From IMG/VR virus record IMGVR_UViG_3300004481_001312, positions 5,324-69,323 of that record: DNA of 64,000 nt. One strand, 5' to 3'. The translations under genes and the position numbers were made by a program. The notes below the pieces were generated by a model, which worked only from the letters and a program-made list of their open reading frames with translations, did not search any database and had not been told where the DNA came from. Numbering within the stretch: position 1 is the stretch's first letter; each line of letters starts with the position of its first letter. Below are positions 35,165-43,675 of the stretch, in pieces. This DNA is from a virus (Duplodnaviria > Caudoviricetes).

Positions 35165-36246
35165 TGCTGGTCTTCCTTCTTCCGTGGTTTGCGTTTCCGG
35201 GCCGTGGTAGTCGTGGTCGTGTTGAGGCGTATCGACAACGTCCCCCGTTTTGGGCGCTGCGGAACCTCGTACCCAAGGGTTTTGAGGATCTTCAGAGCGG
35301 CGAACGGATCGTCAACGATAGTGTCTGGCGACCGGTTGTACCTGGTCATGCCATAGGTGCCGTATCTGGCGGTTTCGAGCATCTCGGCTATCTCGGCCTT
35401 CCGGCGTTTCGCCGGACCCTCGATCGCGTTGACCTCGATGTATTCGAGGAGAAGTGTCTCGATCTCCGCGTTGTCGTGCTGATGCCGGTAGCGTTCTCCC
35501 GGCTGCGCGTCCGGCCCCCAGCACCGACGAAGCCATGGACAGTCGTTGCATTGGAACGAATATCCTGGGCCGCACATCGCGACACCGGCCGCGTCCCTAC
35601 GTGGTGTGGTGTCCGGGTCGTCCTCCGCCCACCGGCGGATCTCCGCAACTCGGTCGATGACCATCATGACGTGCTCGTTGGTGAACGGGATCGCGAACGC
35701 CTGTTCGTCTCCGTTCGCCCGGTCGAGGTACAGGATGACGAGCCAGTGTGGGGACTGGCCGGCCTGTAGTTTCGCCACGGCGTAGGACGCTACTTGCATC
35801 ACGTGGTCGTAGAACGCGCCGGATTGGCGTACGGCCTGCAACCGCCACTCCCCAACGGTCTTGAGGTCGAGGACCATGAGCGGAACGTCGAGGTCGATGT
35901 GACCTGGGATACTGAGGCCGGATGCCCGGAGTGTCACGTTTACCTCGGTTGTCCCAGCAGTGAACTGGTCCGTCATCCGTGGGAGCAGGCCGTTGTGTTC
36001 CCAGGTGCCGAGGTTCGCGGCCCGTCCCTCCCCAGGTGCCGGTTGATCGCTTGGTGGTGTTCTCGCGATCGCGTACGCGGCGAACCGAGTACAGCCGGAG
36101 AGGGCGGATATTCCCAGGTGGTGTGGGTCGCGTCGCCTGCTTTCTGATTCGGCCTCGAAGGCCCGGATGACGGCGGTCTTGACGATTCCAACGACCTCGG
36201 CGGGGTCGATGACCCCGTCGAGGTTGAGTCGGACGTAGTCGGTCAC
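35161..36246 (-). CDS. Cas4-like PD-(D/E)xK exonuclease of a phage recombination pair
   Basis: SALSGC, GHID, DLKT, QVASY, C..C..CPW...C; adjacent to recT. Confidence 0.85.
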   Translation of the reverse strand: MTDYVRLNLDGVIDPAEVVGIVKTAVIRAFEAESESRRRDPHHLGISALSGCTRFAAYAIARTPPSDQPAPGEGRAANLGTWEHNGLLPRMTDQFTAGTTEVNVTLRASGLSIPGHIDLDVPLMVLDLKTVGEWRLQAVRQSGAFYDHVMQVASYAVAKLQAGQSPHWLVILYLDRANGDEQAFAIPFTNEHVMMVIDRVAEIRRWAEDDPDTTPRRDAAGVAMCGPGYSFQCNDCPWLRRCWGPDAQPGERYRHQHDNAEIETLLLEYIEVNAIEGPAKRRKAEIAEMLETARYGTYGMTRYNRSPDTIVDDPFAALKILKTLGYEVPQRPKRGTLSIRLNTTTTTTARKRKPRKKEDQQ

Positions 36247-37268
36247 TGGGCGCATTCGCTGGTGTGGTCGCCGGTTGTCGCTACGGTGGTCGCGTCGCAG
36301 CCGCAGGGGAGGGTGCCAGTCCCGGCCGGGGCCGTCAGTGTTTCCGCTCCTTGGTTCTTCGCTGCCTCCTCCGCTGCGGACTCGGCCTCGGCTGTGGCCT
36401 TGGCCTTGTCCCGTGCCGTGACCTGCTCGACCAAATCACCGATGACCTGCTCAAGGGTGAACATGTCGTCGCCGTTGGACCATGCGAAGCGCTTGAGTGG
36501 GCGGGTCGTTCCGTTGTCGGGTTTCCGGTTCGCTTTCTTCCATGAGTTTTGGAGATCCTTAATAGTGACCTTCGGTCGTGCGATAGGCCGTCCAGTTCCT
36601 GGTTCTGGTTTGGCGATTTCGTTGAGAATGTCAACGACGGAACCATCGGGTACTGGTCGGCCCTCCATGTCTGTGACGATGACCTCATCGGGGATCGCGG
36701 CCGGCCGCTGTTCTGTGTCGTCGTCGTTGGGGTCGTCGTCATCAAGTGCCTCGACGATCGCGATCCCTAAGGTCGCCTCTGGGCATCCCAGGGCCACGGC
36801 CTTCGCCATGGCACGCCAGTAGAGCATGTTCGCGGCGTAGTTGACCCACGGGGATTTTTCCTTGACGAGGCCGGCCCCCAACGCCGTGGCGATTGTCCAT
36901 TCGGCGATGAACGGTTCCCGCCCATCGCAGTATTCGAGGCGGACGACGGCGCGTTTGTCGGTGTTCTCGACGGGGACCAACTTGTGCCCTGCACGTACGG
37001 TGACGAGTGCTTTCATGAGTCGCGCTCGCATGGCGCAGTTTCCACGGTTGTCGAAGACGAGGTTGTCCGCAGCGACCATCAGGGGGATGTCGAGTGCCAT
37101 TGCCCGGTACATCAGCGCCAGCACTCCGCCGGAGTCGTTGCGGAACGCCGGAGGAATACCGACCTCGGCCTTGGACAGGAGCGCGGCGAGTTGCATCTGT
37201 TCCGTGATGTTTCGGGGGCCGTCGTAGGGGAGGAGTAGACGGTTCGGGTGAATGATCGGTGTGGTCAT
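36243..37268 (-). CDS. recT: RecT-like ssDNA annealing protein
   Basis: IPPAFR..VLALM..AMALDI, A.LMKALV, WT...A..AGL....W..Y...ML..RA, CPE..LG. Confidence 0.75.
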   Translation of the reverse strand: MTTPIIHPNRLLLPYDGPRNITEQMQLAALLSKAEVGIPPAFRNDSGGVLALMYRAMALDIPLMVAADNLVFDNRGNCAMRARLMKALVTVRAGHKLVPVENTDKRAVVRLEYCDGREPFIAEWTIATALGAGLVKEKSPWVNYAANMLYWRAMAKAVALGCPEATLGIAIVEALDDDDPNDDDTEQRPAAIPDEVIVTDMEGRPVPDGSVVDILNEIAKPEPGTGRPIARPKVTIKDLQNSWKKANRKPDNGTTRPLKRFAWSNGDDMFTLEQVIGDLVEQVTARDKAKATAEAESAAEEAAKNQGAETLTAPAGTGTLPCGCDATTVATTGDHTSECAQ

Positions 37269-37382
37269 GGCGCTCCAAACAATGATTGGGTGATCCGCCC
37301 CGCGTCAGGCGAACCACCCAATCATACACTTTAAGTTTCTGATTTCCTAGTTGGATACTCCACTCGTCGGACTACTTAGAGG

Positions 37383-37655
37383 TCATGGCGTACCGGTCTT
37401 AGACACGAGCCACGCGATCGACCACGCGGCCGGATATCCGACCAATACCACGGAGGCAAGCCACATATCCCCGGTCATACCGACGAGGAACGAGGCCATC
37501 CAGATGGTCCCAACAGTTTTGACCATAATGGATAGGAGCGAAGGTGCTTGTCGATCGTGTCGGACGAGGTCCACATGGGTGTCGAGCTTGGTGAGGGTCT
37601 TCACGGAACTCCTCCTATCGGTGTCGACGTCGGCGGGCAAGAACGATCCCGTCAA
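37383..37655 (-). CDS. Small membrane protein
   Basis: Two hydrophobic segments. Confidence 0.45.
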   Translation of the reverse strand: MTGSFLPADVDTDRRSSVKTLTKLDTHVDLVRHDRQAPSLLSIMVKTVGTIWMASFLVGMTGDMWLASVVLVGYPAAWSIAWLVSKTGTP

Positions 37656-37872
37656 CTATTCCGGCCAACAATGTCAACATCAGTACAGCAAGGCCGTAGT
37701 CCGCCCCCGCCCGCGCTCCGCCGATCGAGATAACCAGCAGGATCGACGAGATCGCGAAGACGAGCACGCATCCAATACCGAGCCAGAACCTGCTCCACGC
37801 TAGGTCGTCGTCGTGCTTTGGCTCATCCATGTTCGCAATCGCCTCTTGTCGGTGCACAGCAATCTGGCTCAT
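37615..37872 (-). CDS. Small membrane protein
   Basis: Two TM segments, basic tail; ATGA overlap. Confidence 0.55.
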   Translation of the reverse strand: MSQIAVHRQEAIANMDEPKHDDDLAWSRFWLGIGCVLVFAISSILLVISIGGARAGADYGLAVLMLTLLAGIVDGIVLARRRRHR

Positions 37873-38252
37873 GGTGTCTCCTTTTTGTGCGTGAAACCGA
37901 TGTAGGCGAACAAACCGAACTGGTGCCCGACCATGAGCGCCTGGACGCGCTGCGCGCGCTCGGCCGCGCTCGGGTCGCACACTGCAAGGCCAGCGATCCC
38001 GTGGCGGATCGCTAGACCGCGCATCCACGGAAGGACCCAGGACTCGGCTAGTTCGTACCGGACACAGTCGATTTCGATGATGTACGTGATTCCAGGCCGG
38101 TCGGTCGCGGCCGGGTCGACATCAACGGTTATCGGTCGGTGCAGGCCGATGTCGATGCTGTCGAGGACGCCATGGATGCCGCAGATCCATGGGATCACCT
38201 GGTCACTTGGAACCTCGTAATCCTGTCCGTCTACCCACATGGTGATCATCAT
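37869..38252 (-). CDS. Hypothetical protein with internal duplication
   Basis: WVDGQDYEVPSDQVIPWICGI vs EIDCVRYELAESWVLPWMRGL. Confidence 0.55.
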   Translation of the reverse strand: MMITMWVDGQDYEVPSDQVIPWICGIHGVLDSIDIGLHRPITVDVDPAATDRPGITYIIEIDCVRYELAESWVLPWMRGLAIRHGIAGLAVCDPSAAERAQRVQALMVGHQFGLFAYIGFTHKKETP

Positions 38253-38596
38253 TGTGTCGTCCCAACGTGCGCGTGAACCATGATCGACCACATATTTGGA
38301 TACACGGTGACGGCACTGACGGTAGTGCCAAGAGCGTCATGTCTAGTCGGCTGTGTCACGGCACCAACAATCGTCTGCCACCTGACAAAAAGTGTCTGGT
38401 TTGGGCATGCCACGTAGATTTGTCGTGTTGTTGTTAGGACCTCTACAACATCAGGTTGCCCCGCTTCGGCCACTACGGCGGCTAGCCAGTGGAGGACCTC
38501 GTCCATTGGAGTCGTCGTGGAAGGTGGCTGAATTGGGATTTGTCTCGTGACCTTGGACACTCCAACGGCCGGCACTGCGTTTTCCTGGTCGACCAT
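38249..38596 (-). CDS. Hypothetical protein
   Basis: AGAAAGGAG RBS. Confidence 0.55.
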   Translation of the reverse strand: MVDQENAVPAVGVSKVTRQIPIQPPSTTTPMDEVLHWLAAVVAEAGQPDVVEVLTTTRQIYVACPNQTLFVRWQTIVGAVTQPTRHDALGTTVSAVTVYPNMWSIMVHAHVGTTQ

Positions 38597-38683
38597 ACCA
38601 CTCCTTTCTACACACGTAGTGTAGCATTTCTCAAAGAAATACGGCACGCTGGGTCGACTATCTATGTTCCGTCCAGTCCGTGG

Positions 38684-38887
38684 CTACCTCACCTCACCAG
38701 TGGCGTCATCGTGCCTGCGGTTACGTTTCGGTAATCCACATATCCGACACGCGAGTGGATCGTAATAGTCACGATCGAACTGGTGGGCATCCACCAGTGC
38801 CGGCCCGACTGCTCGTCGTTCCAGTGGTTGTGGCTCCCCTGGTACTGGATTGTCGTCCATGTCGTCGTCACAGAAGTCATGTAGCAC
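38684..38887 (-). CDS. Small hypothetical protein
   Basis: HQF..CRICGLPKRNRRH motif. Confidence 0.45.
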   Translation of the reverse strand: MLHDFCDDDMDDNPVPGEPQPLERRAVGPALVDAHQFDRDYYDPLACRICGLPKRNRRHDDATGEVR

Positions 38888-39028
38888 ACAGTTATGGTCA
38901 ACTTTGGTTGTTGAGTGGTCAACCCCACACTAAACGGCCCGGGAAAAGTCACCGGGCCATTCGGATGTGTGGTCGTGGCCGACCGAAGTCGAACGGCCGG
39001 AGTTCCACCCAGACGTTGACGTTGTGGC

Positions 39029-39709
39029 CTAGTGACGATCAGACCGCGTGTCACGGACCGGTTCGGAGGTAAGGCCAGGAAGGTTGGCCTGGGCGAACTG
39101 GGATCGTGGAACAGGGATTAAACGCTTGGATCCGTTGCTCCAGGCGGGGACGTAAGTTCCCGCCAAACCGCATCGCGCGAGGATATCGGCATCGCGCTGC
39201 CCGTAGGCGGCCAAGACGCTCGGGGCGCCGGCGTTGTCGTGGTACGGGGTTCCGTCGGCGGTGAGGAACCGGACGCGGCCGTGCAGGAAGAGCAGGGATG
39301 ACGCCCGCTGCCACACCTGGTTGACGAACCACGATGTCTCGGTGCGAGCGAACACGAGCGCGGTGCCTTCGCCGTGGTCGGCGAGTTTGGTGATCCACCG
39401 CACGGCTTCCCTGCTGTACGGGGGATTGAGCCATATCCGGCCGTGCCAGGTGGCGGACAGGCCATTGTCGGGACGAGTGATGTGCCGGGCCGCCGTGGGA
39501 CGTAGGCGGGGCAACGGCGCGGCGCACGGGTCCAGGTCGAAGTCGCCGAGCGCGTCGAGGATCCACGGTGGCGTGAGCCAGGTGTCCGACAGCATGCACG
39601 ATGACTGATGGCCACCTATCGCTTTCTTCTTAGTCATCCCAAGGCCCCGGTCGAATTCGGGAAACATTCGTGGTTGTCGTGGTTGGCTGAATGGCGTTAT
39701 GTCGTCCAC
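39029..39709 (-). CDS. Phage DNA N6-adenine methyltransferase (Dam-like)
   Basis: WLTPP, FDLDPCAA, DNGL..W.G.IWLNPPY, ARTET.WF. Confidence 0.9.
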   Translation of the reverse strand: MDDITPFSQPRQPRMFPEFDRGLGMTKKKAIGGHQSSCMLSDTWLTPPWILDALGDFDLDPCAAPLPRLRPTAARHITRPDNGLSATWHGRIWLNPPYSREAVRWITKLADHGEGTALVFARTETSWFVNQVWQRASSLLFLHGRVRFLTADGTPYHDNAGAPSVLAAYGQRDADILARCGLAGTYVPAWSNGSKRLIPVPRSQFAQANLPGLTSEPVRDTRSDRH

Positions 39710-39778
39710 AATGATTCACATCCTGGAATGCCAAACGGCCGGAGTTCCCCCCGGCCGTTGACGTTGGCCTAGTGATGA

Positions 39779-40477
39779 TCAGACCGCGTGGTACCACGGG
39801 CCGTAGACCACGGTGCGCCGAACAACCGACGCTGACGCTGGAACATCCGTGCCATTGTTCCGGCTGTCCACCATGACGTCGTAGTTGTAGCGCCGGGCGT
39901 TCTGTTCGGCCTCGTATCGGTTCGTGCCGTCCAAGGTCTTCGGGTGGATCTCATCGTGCCCGTTGGCCCAGGAGATACACGCCGCGTACTGGACACTGGT
40001 ACTGGAGGACCATGGATCGGTGGTTTTAGGCGTTGCCGAGGACATATGACGCGTCTGGTTTCGGTAGTGGCCCCAGGCGTGACCAATCACATGCGACGCG
40101 TCTGGATACTTACCGACGACATAGTCACGATATTCGCCATACAATTTCGCATTCCGTGGCCAGTCGTCGTTCTCGTCCATGATCTTTGCTATCACGTGTG
40201 AGTGGGAGATACGACGTGCCGGTTCGGTGGAGAGCCACTCAGTGAACGTCATAGTCGTTGTTTGCCGAAGGATGATGATTTCCATAATGGTTTTTAAGAT
40301 TTCCATTTTGTTATCGTCGAGTTCGTCAACGATTTGATCGACTAGTGTCGAGTGTCCACCGATGTCCGACTCGGTGTCGACAACGACGATCGCGTCGAGG
40401 ACGTCAGCGAAGGCGGGAGGGATTAGGGACGGATCTCCGAGGGCGAGGGTTACCAGAGATTCGGTTCTGTCGTTCAC
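39779..40477 (-). CDS. Multidomain protein with a YozE/SAM-like domain
   Basis: MTFTEWL..D.DWP..Y....AW..Y pattern. Confidence 0.6.
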   Translation of the reverse strand: MNDRTESLVTLALGDPSLIPPAFADVLDAIVVVDTESDIGGHSTLVDQIVDELDDNKMEILKTIMEIIILRQTTTMTFTEWLSTEPARRISHSHVIAKIMDENDDWPRNAKLYGEYRDYVVGKYPDASHVIGHAWGHYRNQTRHMSSATPKTTDPWSSSTSVQYAACISWANGHDEIHPKTLDGTNRYEAEQNARRYNYDVMVDSRNNGTDVPASASVVRRTVVYGPWYHAV

Positions 40478-40527
40478 GGTGTCTCCTTAATGTGTCGCGC
40501 GTTGCTTAGATATACGATACCACAGGG

Positions 40528-40947
40528 TTAGTCATACTCGCCCATCATGGGCATGCCGGAATCGGAGCGACATCGGTCACACACTGGCGACGCGATCGGG
40601 CCGCCATAGCGCCATGGGTGCCTTCTCCGACACCGGGCGCACGGGCCGGCCCTCGTATGGTCATGCTTCGGTCCGCGACCAACGACCCCAGCAGCGCTCA
40701 TCGCCTCCCTCCACCGGGCTACGTGAGGGCAGGTGCCCCAGTGCGCCCTGCGACGGGACCGGCCCTCCGGCTCCTCGGATTCGGTGACCGGACGGATCGT
40801 GTACCCAGCCCTGCCACCGACAACGACGAGATCACCGTTCGGATCCATGTCTACGTCCACCGGAATCATCACGGTGTGGTCTCCGGTGAACGGGACGAGG
40901 GTCACCATCGACCCACATGGGCACGTGATCTGACTCGGACTCGGCAC
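40528..40947 (-). CDS. Hypothetical Zn-binding protein
   Basis: CPCG..IPVD.D.DP.G..HW.TCP; CARC..CDRC. Confidence 0.6.
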   Translation of the reverse strand: MPSPSQITCPCGSMVTLVPFTGDHTVMIPVDVDMDPNGDLVVVGGRAGYTIRPVTESEEPEGRSRRRAHWGTCPHVARWREAMSAAGVVGRGPKHDHTRAGPCARCRRRHPWRYGGPIASPVCDRCRSDSGMPMMGEYD

Positions 40948-40954
40948 GGCGGTA

Positions 40955-41362
40955 TCACGCGACACGGCGCGCCTCCTCGGCATCGAGCACGGCGCGGAGC
41001 GCGGTCGTGGTGATCTGGTTCTCGGCAGCGATCGTCCCGATCGGAGTACCAGCCGCGAGTCGGGTCCGGGTGCGGAGCAGACCGCGCTGAACATATTTGT
41101 TGATCGTCTGCGGAGTCACGGCGTACCGGTCCGCGAGCGCGGCCGTATTCGTTCCGGACAACCAGAGACGGAAGATGCCGCGCGCGCCGGACTCGGTGAT
41201 CCGTCCCCTACCCAGTTGGGCGACAACGGGTGCCATGAACGGGGCTGCCGCGATGAGAAGCGTCTCCGCGACACGCGCTGGGTCGTGTCGGTGTTCGCGT
41301 GGCATGCAGGCGTACGCCCGTTCCGCAGCGAGGCGCGCTCCGAGCGGAAGTGTGATCGTCAT
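40955..41362 (-). CDS. HTH DNA-binding protein
   Basis: NTAALADRYAVTPQTINKYV plus a second HTH-like segment. Confidence 0.7.
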   Translation of the reverse strand: MTITLPLGARLAAERAYACMPREHRHDPARVAETLLIAAAPFMAPVVAQLGRGRITESGARGIFRLWLSGTNTAALADRYAVTPQTINKYVQRGLLRTRTRLAAGTPIGTIAAENQITTTALRAVLDAEEARRVA

Positions 41363-41498
41363 ATCGGTGCCTCCATTGGCTGGTCGTACCTCATAGCGTA
41401 GTTACTGACATTGAAATACACAACTATGAGTTGCGCTTTCGGTAGATCCATCCCCCCGAGTCACGGCCCGGACCACGGCGCTACGGAACCGTGCCTTC

Positions 41499-41705
41499 GT
41501 GTGGGGGGTGGGGGGGTTTTTCTTCTTGGTACTTCTTAAAAGAGGTACTTCTTCTTTTAACGACGGCTGGTTAGGCCCTATGGAGCCGTCGATGGTGCGA
41601 CCTGCGGAAACACCGTGTTCGAGCACGTCACGCCCATTGACGGATTCACCATGCACTGAAAATCCGTCGATGGTGCGACCTGCGGAATTGCTGAAATGTG
41701 GATAA
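41499..41705 (-). promoter_or_regulatory. Origin-like element: near-identical copy of the rep-internal iteron/AT-rich segment plus a DnaA box
   Basis: 41499-41652 is the reverse complement of 48-198 (1 substitution, one 3-nt insertion). 24-bp direct repeats at 41586-41609 and 41664-41687; TGTGGATAA at 41697-41705. Confidence 0.6.
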
Positions 41706-41820
41706 CCCATCACAACATGCTGGACAATCCTCGTGGTTCACGCATACCCCATCGAATCAACTGGATAGATATCGTCTATGCTTGACACGACGCGGGAACT
41801 TTGGCTGGTCCTTCGCGCGC

Positions 41821-41854
41821 CAACGGCCCCCGACTGGTGAACCGGGGGCCGTTG
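41821..41854 (-). terminator. Hairpin after the HTH gene
   Basis: CAACGGCCCCCG-loop-CGGGGGCCGTTG. Confidence 0.65.
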
Positions 41855-41867
41855 GCATTCACTCGTG

Positions 41868-42245
41868 TTACGCGGTAGTCGTCGCTCGTTTCCGCCTCGG
41901 CCGGCCGGTTGGCCTGGCGCGCTGTGTGTTTCCAGCGTGGTCGAGTCGGCCTGTCTGTCGCCCCCAGGTCTCGATCTCCCTCGGGTGCCATACCGGGTCG
42001 CCCGGCAATGGCAGTGATGGCGGCAACGCGTCGGAACGAGGCATGGTCTCATCCCCAGCACCCTCGATTTCGAGTCGGACGCGCTTTCCTCGTAGCACCT
42101 TGACCCGGTAGTAGGAGATTCCAATCCGCTCACCAACACCTTCCATGGTCAACAGTTGGGCGGCGGAGAGGATACGCCGGACTGTTCCCGGGTCATTGGC
42201 AATCGCCGTGATATCGGCTTCGTCGAGGGTGCGAACGTCAAACAT
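41868..42245 (-). CDS. HTH regulator (AlpA/excisionase-like)
   Basis: LLTMEGVGERIGISYYRVK..LPP..PVWHPREIETW. Confidence 0.65.
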   Translation of the reverse strand: MFDVRTLDEADITAIANDPGTVRRILSAAQLLTMEGVGERIGISYYRVKVLRGKRVRLEIEGAGDETMPRSDALPPSLPLPGDPVWHPREIETWGRQTGRLDHAGNTQRARPTGRPRRKRATTTA

Positions 42246-42360
42246 GGGGATACCTTTCTGGGGTGTGCGTGCTTCGGAAATGCACTCTACATGGTTTCGT
42301 TTAGCCATCCGGTTGCCCGTTCTACCCAGACGTACCGGAACGGATGGTTGACCAACCTCG

Positions 42361-42801
42361 TTAAAAGAGAGTTAGCTTGTCGTCACTCTCCGGGGAGGTT
42401 TCCATGGCTGGCTTCGGCGAGACTTCGCGCGAAGTGCTCATGTTCTGTCGGATGACCGACAACATCTCGTCACGTTCTACACGTTCGGCCTGGGTCATCA
42501 TGCTTTCTGCCAGGTCCTCACAACTGGTGATGATCGATATGTTTCCGGCAACACCATCGAGGTCGTGTCCGGGTGCGGCCCGGCGCGACCGGACGTTGAT
42601 GACGTTGACGAGCCGGGCGCGTACGGCGTCGTGGCACTTCTTGCAAATGTTCGGGGCGTCGTCCATACGGGCTTTGCGAGAAGTGATGATCACGCCAGAC
42701 CCGGAGTTGCAGTAGGCCAGGCCATCGGCGATGACGAGGTGGAGGCGTGCCCCGCGTCGGGTGGTGACGTATCCCATCTCGACGTCCCAGATCTCGCTCA
42801 C
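42361..42801 (-). CDS. Hypothetical protein
   Basis: H..C...CKKC motif. Confidence 0.55.
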   Translation of the reverse strand: MSEIWDVEMGYVTTRRGARLHLVIADGLAYCNSGSGVIITSRKARMDDAPNICKKCHDAVRARLVNVINVRSRRAAPGHDLDGVAGNISIITSCEDLAESMMTQAERVERDEMLSVIRQNMSTSREVSPKPAMETSPESDDKLTLF

Positions 42802-42910
42802 TTTTACTCCCCGGCCGTTGTTGTGTAGCTCCAAGTTTAGTTGATAGCATAGAAACGCGCAACCCAAGGGTTCGCATTTATGACCAGCCAAAGTCACCAT
42901 GGAGGTACCT

Positions 42911-43510
42911 ATGACCACCAACGAAACCAGGCAACTCTACTGTGTGATCGACTCGCTACAGAACGACGTCGCGAACCGTGATGCCCTCATCGAGTCACTA
43001 GAAAAGACCATCAACGCACTACACGAGGAGTTGCGCTGCCGTGACGTAGATGAACTGACCGGCATGCACAACCTCCGGTGGCTTAGGGAATTCTGGTCCG
43101 GCCTTCGCCAGCCATCCCAGACGATCGGAGCCGTGGCGTTCATCGACGTAGACCTGTTAAAGCGGGTCAACGACACCTATGGCCACAAGATTGGCAACCG
43201 GGTGATCACCCATGTCGCGGCCGTGCTCATCTCGTCCGGGTGCTATGGCGTCCGGTACGGGGGTGACGAGTTCCTTCTCCTCATTCCGGCCGGCTGGGAC
43301 GCAGCCGCCACCATCAACAAGATCATCGACGAGATCTCGGCGTGTCCTATCCCGACCAGGGACGGTGAGATCACTGTCGTCGTGTCGTGTGGAGCGCGGG
43401 TGGTCAAGGACGACATCGATCTTTACAAGATGATCCATGACGCTGACGTGGCCATGTACGAGGTGAAGCGCGCCCGATCCGGTGCGGCCGGGTGCCGACT
43501 CGTCGAGTAG
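42911..43510 (+). CDS. GGDEF-domain dinucleotide cyclase with N-terminal coiled coil
   Basis: DELTGMHN, FIDVDLLKRVNDTYGH, RYGGDEF, VSCG, ADVAMYEVK; GGAGG RBS. Confidence 0.95.
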   Translation: MTTNETRQLYCVIDSLQNDVANRDALIESLEKTINALHEELRCRDVDELTGMHNLRWLREFWSGLRQPSQTIGAVAFIDVDLLKRVNDTYGHKIGNRVITHVAAVLISSGCYGVRYGGDEFLLLIPAGWDAAATINKIIDEISACPIPTRDGEITVVVSCGARVVKDDIDLYKMIHDADVAMYEVKRARSGAAGCRLVE

Positions 43511-43524
43511 CCGGTCACGGCGGA

Positions 43525-43570
43525 ACGGAACGGCCCGGCCTGGTCACGACGACTGGCCGGGCCGTTCCGT
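43525..43570 (+). terminator. Hairpin after the GGDEF gene
   Basis: ACGGAACGGCCCGGCC-loop-GGCCGGGCCGTTCCGT. Confidence 0.7.
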
Positions 43571-43675
43571 GTAACCCAACAGATAAGTACTCACCATAAA
43601 GTTGCGGATTTATTTGTGGCACGGTAGACTCACGGGGACGCACGAAAACGCCGCGATACACACCGAGGAGAAGCC

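Noticed and set aside
35161-36246. Cas4-like nuclease as evidence of a CRISPR-Cas system
   Set aside because: It is paired with RecT as a standard phage recombination exonuclease; no cas1/cas2 and no repeat-spacer array.
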